From contig JAUVXW010000001.1 of assembly GCA_030603385.1 (NCBI GenBank), forward strand, positions 160,001 to 224,000: 64,000 nucleotides of DNA, in the 5' to 3' direction. Position 1 is the stretch's first letter. Each line of letters starts with the position of its first letter. Shown here in pieces: positions 20,610 through 30,906 of the stretch. The position numbers and the translations under genes are program-made. This DNA comes from Promethearchaeota archaeon (GTDB lineage Archaea; Asgardarchaeota; Lokiarchaeia; Sigyniarchaeales; SOKP01). The notes below the pieces were generated by a model. It saw only the letters and a program-made list of their open reading frames with translations. It did not search any database and was not told where the DNA came from.

Positions 20610-22631
20610 ATGTCAGATCAAGTTTGCCGATTTTGTCAAAGATATGTGCAGTTGACTTATTATTGTGAAGAGTGTGGTGCTAATTGTTGTTCTGACTGTT
20701 TACACGAAAAGAAAGTTGATTTTTATACATGCCAAGAGTGTAATTCTAAAAATATCGAGATTTCTGATTCTGAGAAAAAAAAAACATGTAGAGATTGTGG
20801 TAATGAAAATATAATAAAAGTAAATCAGCTTTTAAAATCATGTCCAAAATGTGGATCTCACAAAATTATTAATATTTATGAGAAAAAAGAAGAATTAGAG
20901 AAAGAATTCTTAGAATTGATTAAAAATTCTCGTTTGTTTATTCATCCCTTAAGAGAGGCTCTTGATAAGTTATATATTCTTCAACAAGAAATAAAAAATG
21001 CAAGAGATCCCCCAATAAGATGCTATCATTTTCCTAAAATGGAATCTGATTTATTAGCTCTCTTTAAACTGTTTATATATGTGCAAAATACATTATTTGA
21101 TAAAATTAATGCTCATTTTAATCAAATGGTATTATATAAAGAATATTTTTTTGACATTTACGCTCAACCAAATTCTAATATAACAATTATAGAAGGTATT
21201 TTTGATAATCTTCTAAGAAGCCATAATTCAATCAATGATTTTGTATTCAATAACGTTAAAACTTTTAAAGATAGCATAGGTTCTTTTGAAGTGAATCTAA
21301 AATTTATTGAAAAAATTAGTCTCTATTTTTCTACTTATAAGAAATTAATAAAATTGGCAGAAAAGGAAAAACCTGTTTATGCAATCTATGCTAAATTAGT
21401 CAACGGATTGAACACAGATGATAGATATAAGAAAGATAGAGGAATTTTATTTATCACTAATTTAGATTTATCTTTTATTCATGAGTATGGTGTGAGAAAA
21501 AAAAAGCAAGCGTTAACCTTTAAAGCACCGGTTCAAGATTTAATAAGGATAAAAGAAAAAGGAAGATTCTTCAAAAAGCTATATATTGAATTTGAGTATG
21601 GGAAATATGAATTTACATTGCCCCCTAATGCTCTTTCTAGAGTTATAGAATATATTCTATTGGCAAGAACATTTGACGAATCCACTGTTTATGATATCAA
21701 ATCAGCAACTAAACTTCAAGGAGTTGATATCGATTTAAATGAGTTAGTAAATTTCATTGAAGAAAGTATTAACTCATTTTTTAGCTTAAAATGCCAATAC
21801 AACAAGAGTTCTCAAAAGATAGGCAGTTATAATCAAATTTTTCCTCAAAATTTTAATGCTCAACCTAACCAAATTCCAATTTTAATGCCTCAATCTCGAA
21901 ATCAAGGATTTTCTTATCAGGATCATAATTTAGGACAATTTGGAATTAATCAACCATTAATACAAAATCCAAATAATCAATATTCGCCATACTATCCACC
22001 GGCACCAGTTCAATCACCTCAAGGAGTAAATAACTACATAAACCCTATGTATCAATATCAAGGACCATACCCTAACCAAAGTAAATTTTTTTCTCAAAAC
22101 TTCATCAATCCAAATCGATTCCAAAATTATAATCCTCAAAAAATTAATCCCAACTATGTGGAATTCCTAGATGTTGAAGAGAGGGATATTCTAACGAGGA
22201 ATTTAGAACAAGCACAAGGATTCAGCCCACAATATCCAAATCAAATAAATCCCAACGTATTAAATAATAAATATCCATTCCAAGAATTTAACAATAATCA
22301 TTTGTCTGATTTGTTTAATTCAAATAATTCTTTAACACAGCAATCTTATAGACACAAAAGAAAATTGTTTAAATTAGATCGAGAAAAACATGAAAAAATG
22401 CTTGAATTAGAAAAAGAACATTATAGCCTTAAAGCGACGTTGAAGAAGCTTGAAACTAAATTTGATCAAGGTTCAATATCAGAAAGTGATTATTTTAGAA
22501 CATTTAGAAATTTAAATAAAGAAATATATTTAATCGACAATAAAATTCAAAATCTACGACAGAGTTTAGAAGAATTAGAATCCATTAAACAAAACAGCAG
22601 AAATTTTGATAATAAAAGATTCTATACTTAG
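20610..22631 (+). CDS. multidomain protein: Zn fingers, helical region, PH-like domain, Q/N/P-rich linker, C-terminal steadiness-box-like (ESCRT-I-like) hairpin
   Basis: Six CxxC pairs at the N-terminus; GILFITNLDLSF PH-like strands; LKKLETKFDQGSISESDYFRTFRNLNKEIY resembles the Vps23/TSG101 core. Confidence 0.6.
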   Translation: MSDQVCRFCQRYVQLTYYCEECGANCCSDCLHEKKVDFYTCQECNSKNIEISDSEKKKTCRDCGNENIIKVNQLLKSCPKCGSHKIINIYEKKEELEKEFLELIKNSRLFIHPLREALDKLYILQQEIKNARDPPIRCYHFPKMESDLLALFKLFIYVQNTLFDKINAHFNQMVLYKEYFFDIYAQPNSNITIIEGIFDNLLRSHNSINDFVFNNVKTFKDSIGSFEVNLKFIEKISLYFSTYKKLIKLAEKEKPVYAIYAKLVNGLNTDDRYKKDRGILFITNLDLSFIHEYGVRKKKQALTFKAPVQDLIRIKEKGRFFKKLYIEFEYGKYEFTLPPNALSRVIEYILLARTFDESTVYDIKSATKLQGVDIDLNELVNFIEESINSFFSLKCQYNKSSQKIGSYNQIFPQNFNAQPNQIPILMPQSRNQGFSYQDHNLGQFGINQPLIQNPNNQYSPYYPPAPVQSPQGVNNYINPMYQYQGPYPNQSKFFSQNFINPNRFQNYNPQKINPNYVEFLDVEERDILTRNLEQAQGFSPQYPNQINPNVLNNKYPFQEFNNNHLSDLFNSNNSLTQQSYRHKRKLFKLDREKHEKMLELEKEHYSLKATLKKLETKFDQGSISESDYFRTFRNLNKEIYLIDNKIQNLRQSLEELESIKQNSRNFDNKRFYT

Positions 22632-22713
22632 ATCTTTATTAAAACATATTTTATGCAGATTCTGCATATTTCACATAATCTAAGTTTATATTCTTTTAAG
22701 CTTTATAGAAAAT

Positions 22714-23727
22714 ATGGATAATCCCTCCACTACAATAGTTGGAAGTTGGCCTTTAAACAATAGCAATGAAAATATGTTAAAGGTATTTGAAGATTTAATT
22801 CAAATTGGCATTGATTATCCATGTTATCCTCAATTAATTTCTATGATTTCTCAATTTTTATCCCCATTAGCAAAAGAAATTGCCCAATTAGAAGAAATTA
22901 ACCACAAATTTTATTTATCAGATGATTTCAAAATCCCGGAAAACCCGGTAGCTTTAGAATACGGTGAATTTATTAAAAGCTTTTTTAATGAACGACCACA
23001 GCTTTTAGAACAAATTAAAGGAACAAAAGCCTGTTTAACAGGTCCATTCACCTTAGCATCTGAAATAATTTTGAAGGGTGAAATTGCTAAGGGTTTAAAA
23101 CCCAGAATCTTTACGGAACCCAGAGCAATAATGGTAGATTGGATTGTGGAAAAATTAGCAGAAATCATGAAACAATTAGGAAAAGCCTATAATAATATGG
23201 GTATAGATATAATTTCTATGGACGAACCTCTTTTGGGGATTTTAATAGGAAGAAAAGTGTTATTTCACTCTGAAGATTTCATTTTAGAAATTCTAAATAA
23301 ATCTATCTCAGAAATAAAATCATTGTCATCTATTCATGTGTGTGGCAGAATTAGCCCTAAATGCCGTGATATACTCCTTCAAACTGAAGTGAACATATTA
23401 GACCATGAGTTTAGAACTAACGAAGAGAACTTTGATATTTTTCAGAAAGAACATCTTACAAATACCGATAAATTTTTAGCTTTAGGCTCAGTTAAATCTA
23501 AGTTTTTGCCAGTAGAAGGATATGAAATCAATGATTATGTTGAAGGAATAGACTCTCTTGAAGCTTATATTCGAAAAGCAATTAAACAATACGGTAAAGA
23601 AAATTTATTAATTAAACCTGATTGTGGTTTTCTGCCTTTAAAAGACACTTTTGGAGAAGAAATCGGTTATGAAATAACAATTAAAAAACTCAAAAATATG
23701 GTTCAAGCGTTAAAAAGAATCAAATAA
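22714..23727 (+). CDS. cobalamin-independent methionine synthase-like protein (single catalytic barrel)
   Basis: VGSWP, TGPFTLA, DEP, Zn ligands IHVC, E and PDCGF. Confidence 0.82.
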   Translation: MDNPSTTIVGSWPLNNSNENMLKVFEDLIQIGIDYPCYPQLISMISQFLSPLAKEIAQLEEINHKFYLSDDFKIPENPVALEYGEFIKSFFNERPQLLEQIKGTKACLTGPFTLASEIILKGEIAKGLKPRIFTEPRAIMVDWIVEKLAEIMKQLGKAYNNMGIDIISMDEPLLGILIGRKVLFHSEDFILEILNKSISEIKSLSSIHVCGRISPKCRDILLQTEVNILDHEFRTNEENFDIFQKEHLTNTDKFLALGSVKSKFLPVEGYEINDYVEGIDSLEAYIRKAIKQYGKENLLIKPDCGFLPLKDTFGEEIGYEITIKKLKNMVQALKRIK

Positions 23728-23771
23728 TGATAAATTTACCTAGAAAGTGTAAAAAATTTAAAGATAAAGTA

Positions 23772-24419
23772 TTAGCTTTGTAGTTCCTTCCTTAATTTTT
23801 CTATTTCTTTATTTAGTTTTTCTTTTGATTTAACTTCCTCAAGTTCTTCAATTTCATATTCAGGAATATATTGTAATTCATCGGAAGGTGTTTCAGGCAT
23901 TGTTCCTCCTTGATCAAGAAGCATCTCGGTCTCAAGTTGATTTAATTCCTCTGTAACATCAATTGCAAGATCAATTTCAGGGTCTCCTGCTAAGATATCT
24001 GCGGCTTCTTCAATTTCTGCAACATAAGCTTCAGAATCTTCTGCAATTTCTGCAACCTTTGCAGGAGAAGCTTTTGTAGCGATATATTCTAATTCATCGC
24101 GTATTCCGCTAAATATTTCACCTGTAGCTGAGATTAATTGTCCTTCTTCGATTGCTTGAATCTGCCGTTCTATTTTTAATCTAATATTACTTGTTCTATC
24201 AACTTTAATATTATAAGACTTGTATTGAATAAGATAATTCTTCGCGCGATCTTTTTCACCACGTTTCAATGCTATCTTCGCATTTTTACGGCTTATTTCA
24301 GCTCGTTTGCTATAATTCCTATTAATTAAATTTAATCTATGAATATGGCTCTTAGCCTTTGATACTAAGTCATCTTTCTCTTTACCTTTCCGAGGAAATA
24401 GCTTTTTTTTTAATCCCAC
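23772..24419 (-). CDS. ESCRT-III Snf7-family protein (Vps20/32/60-like)
   Basis: Basic N-half with AKIALKRGEKDRAKNYLIQYK, acidic C-half, DVTEELNQLETE, C-terminal helix. Confidence 0.8.
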   Translation of the reverse strand: MGLKKKLFPRKGKEKDDLVSKAKSHIHRLNLINRNYSKRAEISRKNAKIALKRGEKDRAKNYLIQYKSYNIKVDRTSNIRLKIERQIQAIEEGQLISATGEIFSGIRDELEYIATKASPAKVAEIAEDSEAYVAEIEEAADILAGDPEIDLAIDVTEELNQLETEMLLDQGGTMPETPSDELQYIPEYEIEELEEVKSKEKLNKEIEKLRKELQS

Positions 24420-24546
24420 TGACTATTCAACTCTTTTTTTTATGAATTATATGATTTTACTAACTTAAAAATTTAATATTATTCAATATAATATAATAAA
24501 TTAATTCTCAACAAAAAAGTTTGCATAGACCGAATTTTGATTTATT

Positions 24547-25662
24547 ATGAAAAAAATAATCCTAAATTTTGAGAGTAAGCAAAATAATTTTAAAGAATTA
24601 GTTCAAGAAGCCTTTAATAAAGACATCTTAAATTATTTAGTATCGAATAACACTTATTCTGAGTTTAAAAAAATAGAACGTATTAATCTCTTTACAAAAG
24701 ATCTGGATATTCCAGTGAATTATTTTATAACTGATAATAGAGAGAAACTAAAAGAATTACTAGCTAATAATAAATTCTCAGAAGGAATAATTGGATTTTA
24801 TAAAGAATTAAAATCGAAGGATGATGAGAAAGCGATTATAGAACTTTCTAAAAGTAAACAAGTCGATTTTATTATTGTATCGGCTAAAGACTGGAAAATT
24901 ATCCCTTTTGAAAATCTTATAGCCGAAATGCATAAAACCGATACTGATTTAATTGCTGAAGTAGATACAGTTGATGAAGCTGAATTAATGTTAAAAACAT
25001 TAGAAATTGGAGTAGATGGAATACTTTTGACGCCAAGAAGTATCAATGATATTATTCAATTAAAAAAGCTTATGCATGTCACTTTTCAGATTGAACTTTT
25101 AAAAGCAAAAGTAGTTAATATTGAGAGTATACCTGAAGCTGAAAGAGTTTGTGTCGATACAACATCGCTTCTAAAAGTAGGAGAAGGACTTCTCGTAGGT
25201 TCAACAGCTACAGGTTTTTGTTTAATTCATTCCGAAACATTTGAAACACAATTTGTGGCATCCAGACCATTTAGAGTCAACGCGGGGGATGTATCTGCTT
25301 ATGTTTTAGTACCTGATGATGATCCAGAAAAAAAATATCGGACCAAATATCTGAGCGAATTGAAAGGTGGAGATAAAGTTTTAGCAATTACAGAAAAAGG
25401 TGAGGTTAGAATTGTATCAATTGGAAGGGTTAAAATTGAAACAAGGCCAATGTTGAGATTTGAATTGGAAGCTTCAATAGGAGATAAAAAAATTCCTATA
25501 AGTTGCATTTGCCAAAACGCTGAAACAATTCGTTTAGTAGGAGTTGATGGCAAAGCTAAATCTGTTGTTGATATTAAGATTGGAGATGAGGTCTTAGTTC
25601 ATATAGGTCCTGGTGCAACTCATTTCGGCACACCTATAAAAGAAACCATAATTGAAAAATAA
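24547..25662 (+). CDS. 3-dehydroquinate synthase II (archaeal type)
   Basis: DWKIIPFENLIA, LEIGVDG, RVCVDT, RPFRVNAG, GRVKIETRP, QNAETIRL. Confidence 0.93.
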   Translation: MKKIILNFESKQNNFKELVQEAFNKDILNYLVSNNTYSEFKKIERINLFTKDLDIPVNYFITDNREKLKELLANNKFSEGIIGFYKELKSKDDEKAIIELSKSKQVDFIIVSAKDWKIIPFENLIAEMHKTDTDLIAEVDTVDEAELMLKTLEIGVDGILLTPRSINDIIQLKKLMHVTFQIELLKAKVVNIESIPEAERVCVDTTSLLKVGEGLLVGSTATGFCLIHSETFETQFVASRPFRVNAGDVSAYVLVPDDDPEKKYRTKYLSELKGGDKVLAITEKGEVRIVSIGRVKIETRPMLRFELEASIGDKKIPISCICQNAETIRLVGVDGKAKSVVDIKIGDEVLVHIGPGATHFGTPIKETIIEK

Positions 25663-25686
25663 GATAGAAAAAGAAATTTATTACTT

Positions 25687-26814
25687 CTATACATTAGAGT
25701 TTTTAAATAATGGAATTATTTCCTCACTAATTATTCTTGAAGCATCCCAGTAAGTAAATGGAGCATTTTTACTCGAAGCTCCATTAGTAGATGAAAATAT
25801 GAAATGATTTGCACCTGCCTCTATATACTTACGAATTCTTTTAATAATTTCGTCTTTTGTTCCAATCATCGTGCCATCGCGTATTAAATCATCTGGAATA
25901 TCTTCTACTATCGGTTCTAATTTTCTAAGATCAAATTTCAAAACATCATCTCTATCAATCTTTAGAATATTCAACTCTTCACTTTTATAGCCGGTAGCGT
26001 CTATATAAAGTTGTTCGTACTCATCTTTCCAATATCCTAATTCTTTTATTCGACGAGGACTTGTTATTAATTCAAATTTATTTCCTCGAATTCTTTGATT
26101 GATCTTATTTGTATCATCATTTATAAAGATAAATTGGAATACCCCAAATGAAAATTTCTCTAAATCCCTTCCCTTTTCATTCATTGCTTTAACGATTTGT
26201 TGTTTTTTAGTTTTATAGGTCTTGGAATCAATTCCTACAGGCATCCATCCATCTGCAATTTCCCCTGTCAGCTTTAAGGTTTTAGGACTATTAGCACCAA
26301 TCCAGATTGGGATATCTGATACAGGTTTAGGAAGTAAAACCGCATTTTTCGCAGTATAGTATTGTCCTTCGAATGAAATATCCCTACCTTTATCCCAAAA
26401 TAATTTCATAAAATTAATAGATTCCCTCATTTTGCCAAGCGCATGGTCGATTGGAATGCCATATGCCTTTAAATTCATCGCTTCTCCTGCTCCAATCCCT
26501 AAAATAAGATTCCCTTCTGTAAGGTGGTTAATGGAGGTACACAACTGTGCTAGAACCGCGGGATGTATTCTATGAGGATCTGTAACAGCCGTTCCAAAAG
26601 ATTTTCCTTTTACCAATTCTGCCATTGCACCAAACAATACCCAAGGGCTTAAGTAATCGTCAACTAAAGTACCACCCATACCCGATAGATGATCAGGAAG
26701 CCACAGAGAATCCCAATTTTCCTTACTCGCTGCTATAACTTTTTTTCGAAAGAAGTCATAAGAATGAAGATAATATATTTGATGACCAAATTTTATTTCA
26801 CTCAAATTTATCAC
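25687..26814 (-). CDS. LLM-class flavin/F420-dependent oxidoreductase
   Basis: WLPDH, HPAVLAQ, ILGIGAGEAMN, PIWIGA, ADGWMP. Confidence 0.88.
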   Translation of the reverse strand: MINLSEIKFGHQIYYLHSYDFFRKKVIAASKENWDSLWLPDHLSGMGGTLVDDYLSPWVLFGAMAELVKGKSFGTAVTDPHRIHPAVLAQLCTSINHLTEGNLILGIGAGEAMNLKAYGIPIDHALGKMRESINFMKLFWDKGRDISFEGQYYTAKNAVLLPKPVSDIPIWIGANSPKTLKLTGEIADGWMPVGIDSKTYKTKKQQIVKAMNEKGRDLEKFSFGVFQFIFINDDTNKINQRIRGNKFELITSPRRIKELGYWKDEYEQLYIDATGYKSEELNILKIDRDDVLKFDLRKLEPIVEDIPDDLIRDGTMIGTKDEIIKRIRKYIEAGANHFIFSSTNGASSKNAPFTYWDASRIISEEIIPLFKNSNV

Positions 26815-26913
26815 TCAAAAACTATTTAGATATTGTTAACAAATAGTATATAGTTTTAAAAATTCTTTCTTTCTTAAATTATTATATAGCAAATTAATAC
26901 CAACACAAGAAAC

Positions 26914-28191
26914 ATGACGACATTTTGGGCTCCTGTATTACACATTTACCAACCACCTAACCAAGATCTTAAAGTTTTAAAATCAATAGACAAAGAATGC
27001 TATAAACCTTTATTTAGCTTAATGGAAGAATTTGATGATGTTAAATTTTGTTTAAATATCAGTGGTATTCTTATTGAGTTATTATATGAATTCGACTTAT
27101 CAGATACAATGGATTTATTAAAAAACTTAGTATCTGAAAGTAAAATTGAAATTGTCGGGACTGCTAAATATCATCCCATCCTCCCCTTAATCCAAAAAAA
27201 AGAAGCCCAATATCAAATTCAGATGAACGAAGAAATAAATAGGAGAGAATTTGGTCGATGGCAAAGAAAAGGTTTTTTTCCACCCGAACTGGCAATATCT
27301 GGAAGCGTTGCTAAATATATTCGTCAGTTAGGATACAAATGGGTTTTAATGAGTGGTATAGCTTGCTCTGAGGATTGGCCATACGATAAAATTTATACTT
27401 CTCATGATGGACTCCAATTATTTTTCAGGGATGATATTCTTAGTAACAAGATTTCCTTTAAAAATATATCAGCAAAAGAATTTATAAAAACAATTAAGGA
27501 GATTTTCCAGCCAAATGCAGACCCTAAGCAAAAATCTTTCACAGAGATTGATCGATATATTATTACTGCTATGGATGGCGAGACATTTGGCCATCATATT
27601 AAAAATTACGAAAAAACTTTTCTAAAAAAGGTATTAGATCTTATTAATGAGGAAGAAAGAATTAGAACTGTATTTGTTTCAGAATTGGATCGATTTTTTC
27701 CACTTAGTAATAAAAAAATCATCCCACGTGAATCGAGCTGGAGTACAACCTATGAAGATATTCAAGCAGGCATTCCTTATCCATTATGGAAACATCCAGA
27801 AAACAATATCCATAAGAATTATTGGAAACTAGTGAATAGTCTCAACAATTTAATGAATTTAGCTGACAATATAGATTTAACAACGGACAGGGAGATTGAG
27901 AATTACTATAACACCGCCAGATATTTCTATAATCGCGGAATCTATTCGTGTCCTACATGGTGGTCCAATCCTCAAAATGGAACTTGGAGCCCAAATCTTA
28001 TTTATAAAGGGATAGAATTACTCATGAGAGCTGCTCTGAATGCTCAAATGGCATTAGTTTACTCTGAAAAGTCTGATCAGAGTGATGTGTACTATGATTC
28101 CATCTCACTATATCACAGTTTACTTTTAATGGAATTATCTAATATTACAAAAAAGACCATGAAGAAGTATAATGAAAGTAGAAATACGTAA
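26914..28191 (+). CDS. glycoside hydrolase family 57
   Basis: HIYQP, YHPILPL, GFFPPELA, DGETFGHH, SSW. Confidence 0.88.
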   Translation: MTTFWAPVLHIYQPPNQDLKVLKSIDKECYKPLFSLMEEFDDVKFCLNISGILIELLYEFDLSDTMDLLKNLVSESKIEIVGTAKYHPILPLIQKKEAQYQIQMNEEINRREFGRWQRKGFFPPELAISGSVAKYIRQLGYKWVLMSGIACSEDWPYDKIYTSHDGLQLFFRDDILSNKISFKNISAKEFIKTIKEIFQPNADPKQKSFTEIDRYIITAMDGETFGHHIKNYEKTFLKKVLDLINEEERIRTVFVSELDRFFPLSNKKIIPRESSWSTTYEDIQAGIPYPLWKHPENNIHKNYWKLVNSLNNLMNLADNIDLTTDREIENYYNTARYFYNRGIYSCPTWWSNPQNGTWSPNLIYKGIELLMRAALNAQMALVYSEKSDQSDVYYDSISLYHSLLLMELSNITKKTMKKYNESRNT

Positions 28192-28193
28192 TT

Positions 28194-28580
28194 CTATATA
28201 TTAGTTGAAATCAATTCATTTAGAATTTCATTCCACTTATCTAAATGACGTACATACCAAGCTACTGAATCAGATTCTCCGCTCTCATTTTTAAATATTA
28301 TTTTTAAAAGAGGCCTAAATGCAGATCTATGCATATGAGATTTTGGATTTCTAATCTCAATGATAGACTTAACTGGAATTAATAACTCTTTTTTGGGTTT
28401 CCACATTCCAAAGTATAATTCTTTTTCTGTAAGTAATAAGACCCCATTCCCGCGAACTTTCCATGTCCCTAACGACTCTTGCCCAAAAAAATTGCTTGCG
28501 TCGTCAGCAATTAATACATTCTCATCCTTAAATTTCTCATGGATTTCATTTATTCTTTGTTTAAAATTTTTTTTTAACAT
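28194..28580 (-). CDS. small PH/GRAM-like domain protein
   Basis: GNGVLLLTEKELYF...LLIPVKSI...WNEILNEL pattern. Confidence 0.55.
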   Translation of the reverse strand: MLKKNFKQRINEIHEKFKDENVLIADDASNFFGQESLGTWKVRGNGVLLLTEKELYFGMWKPKKELLIPVKSIIEIRNPKSHMHRSAFRPLLKIIFKNESGESDSVAWYVRHLDKWNEILNELISTNI

Positions 28581-28623
28581 ATTATTATCAAGTTATAATT
28601 CTATATATTTTACATCAGTTATA

Positions 28624-28758
28624 TTAATCATTCTGCCATGATCGAGGTCGAAATTGTGAAACTGGAAAAAAATCAGTTTATAAATTCATACGTGACATCG
28701 GAACACTGTCAGGTTTTTCGAAATGAAAAGCTCTTCTTACCTTCTCCGTACTGCTCAT
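28624..28758 (-). pseudogene. N-terminal remnant of a URO-D/MtaA-CmuA-family gene
   Basis: MSSTEKVRRAFHFEKPDSVPMSRMNL*TDFFPVSQFRPRSWQND*; typical family N-terminus with an internal TAA. Confidence 0.55.
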
Positions 28759-28908
28759 AAAATCTCAATTGAATCTAATTATTAATTAATGATAAAAATA
28801 TAAACATAAATTATTTAATACCTAGTTTATATATTAAACCAAATATAAATTTAAAAAGAATTTAGCTTGAAACCAGAGTTTTCTAAATTTTAAAGTAATT
28901 GGTAAATA

Positions 28909-29985
28909 ATGTCTAAAGATAACGAAAAAAAAATTAAATACTGCGTTTATTGTGGTGTTGATGTCGAAAAAAATAAAACTTATTGCCCAAATTGCGGTAA
29001 GCTAATTATAAAACTTAACTCAAGTGAAACACCAGCAGAACCACGTCCTATTCATAAACCAGTTTCCATGCAAAGGGTTGAAATTTCACGTAAATGTCCT
29101 GGTTGTGGTTCAATTGTTACCTCAACAATTTTAGAACAATGTCCGATATGCAATGCTACTTTAGAAAAAATTCCTGAGGTAAAAAAAATTGCTATCCAAA
29201 AAAAGCCAGGATTGATATTTACAGACAAAAAATTAGAACCCGAACAAAAATTTATATTGAAAAAGGATAAATGGAATTTAAAAGAAGGTTTAAATATCTT
29301 TGGAACTTGTATATACGTTTACATAATAGCCTTTTTTCTTATATATTTCTTATTAGTTTTTCAAGGGGAAGGTGATTCTATTGAACAAAATATTCAAATG
29401 CTTATAATAAGCCAAATTCCTGAAATGTTAATTGCTATTTATCCTATATATTACATACTCTCAAAAAATCATAACTATTCAAAATTAGGCTTTTTTAAAG
29501 ATTCTAAAAAAGTTCTAATAGGCATTTTTATAGGTGTAATAGGAGCAATTAGTTTAATATTACTCAACCTTTTTTACAATTCTTTAATCAGCTATTTAGC
29601 CGAGATAGGCTTGGACATTTTTGATATGGAAACTGAGATCATCATACAAAATCAAATTATTAGAGATGCAGATTTTATATATGTTTTCTTGCTTATAGTA
29701 TTAATTGCTATTGGAGCGGCATCATTAGAAATTGTATATAGAGGCGTTTTGCATAACACTTTAAAACAGAAATTTCGTAATGACGTTTATACAATTCTTT
29801 CGGTTGCATTGATCTATTCAATTTTTATTATATTTATATATCCTAATCCCGCCTACTTCTTATTGAATTTCTTGGGATTTGTAGTATTAGGAATTCTTTG
29901 GGAATTATCCGATGGGAACATTTATAGTACTCTCATTGCAAGTGTTTTTTATAACATTCTCTTAATTGTCTTAATCTATTTTTAG
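28909..29985 (+). CDS. double zinc-ribbon fused to a CPBP (Rce1/Abi-like) membrane domain, probably non-catalytic
   Basis: Four CxxC pairs; SLEIVYRG replaces EExxxR and the His motifs are absent. Confidence 0.7.
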   Translation: MSKDNEKKIKYCVYCGVDVEKNKTYCPNCGKLIIKLNSSETPAEPRPIHKPVSMQRVEISRKCPGCGSIVTSTILEQCPICNATLEKIPEVKKIAIQKKPGLIFTDKKLEPEQKFILKKDKWNLKEGLNIFGTCIYVYIIAFFLIYFLLVFQGEGDSIEQNIQMLIISQIPEMLIAIYPIYYILSKNHNYSKLGFFKDSKKVLIGIFIGVIGAISLILLNLFYNSLISYLAEIGLDIFDMETEIIIQNQIIRDADFIYVFLLIVLIAIGAASLEIVYRGVLHNTLKQKFRNDVYTILSVALIYSIFIIFIYPNPAYFLLNFLGFVVLGILWELSDGNIYSTLIASVFYNILLIVLIYF

Positions 29986-30103
29986 TTTTAACCTTTCATT
30001 ACTCCCTCAATATAAAATTTTAATAATAAGGAAAATCAATAATCTCTATAATTATTTCAATTATTTTTACACGATAAAATATTAGTAGATAGGAGTAAAA
30101 AGA

Positions 30104-30814
30104 TTGAGTAAGACGTTTTACAGAAATAAGGGTTCTAAGGACAATATAGTTATATCCCTTGCGGGGGTTCATGGAGTAGGTAAAACAACAGTCTTCAATC
30201 TTCTTAAAAAAATATTCAAAGATAATAATAAATTTAAATTTTTTCCTGAAAGATATGTAAAAAAACCGCCATTTCCGTTTGGTTCTTCAGATAAGCAGAT
30301 TGGTTTTAGAAGTGAACTTCATTTTCTTCAACAACTCATTAGAAGAAATCAAAATATTTTGAATTTTGATAATAATTACAACGGCAGAATAATAATATTA
30401 GATAGAACTCCTTTATGTGTATTAATATATTCTAAGAGTTTAAATCTTAAAGAGAAAGATTTTACTCTTATTCTAGATACTTATAATTCCATTAAGTGGA
30501 AAGAAAATTATATAATTTATTTGACTGCGAAACCTGATGTAATTTTAAAAAGGATAGTACAGAGAGGCTCACTTGATAAAATAAGAAGAGAGTGGAATGA
30601 GGATGATAACAACTATTTACTAAAAATTCTTGCTTATTATAAACAATTCTTATCTAATAAAACCAATGTGTTTCCTATTAACACAAATGATCTATCTCCA
30701 AAAGAAGTAGTCGATAAGATTAAGATAATAATTACTGACTTATCTGATTATTCTTTTGAGAAGATTGAACAATCTTCCACTACTCAAATGAATTTAGATA
30801 AGTTTTCAAAATAG
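30104..30814 (+). CDS. deoxynucleoside/thymidylate kinase-family P-loop kinase
   Basis: GVHGVGKTT, ILDRT, IYLTA...KRIVQRG. Confidence 0.75.
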   Translation: MSKTFYRNKGSKDNIVISLAGVHGVGKTTVFNLLKKIFKDNNKFKFFPERYVKKPPFPFGSSDKQIGFRSELHFLQQLIRRNQNILNFDNNYNGRIIILDRTPLCVLIYSKSLNLKEKDFTLILDTYNSIKWKENYIIYLTAKPDVILKRIVQRGSLDKIRREWNEDDNNYLLKILAYYKQFLSNKTNVFPINTNDLSPKEVVDKIKIIITDLSDYSFEKIEQSSTTQMNLDKFSK

Positions 30815-30906
30815 AATAATGAAAAAATATATTAAAATAGTCTTTCTATTTATACTTAAATCTCAAAATCTTATTCAATTCAAATTATCTTATAAAGGAA
30901 TAATAA

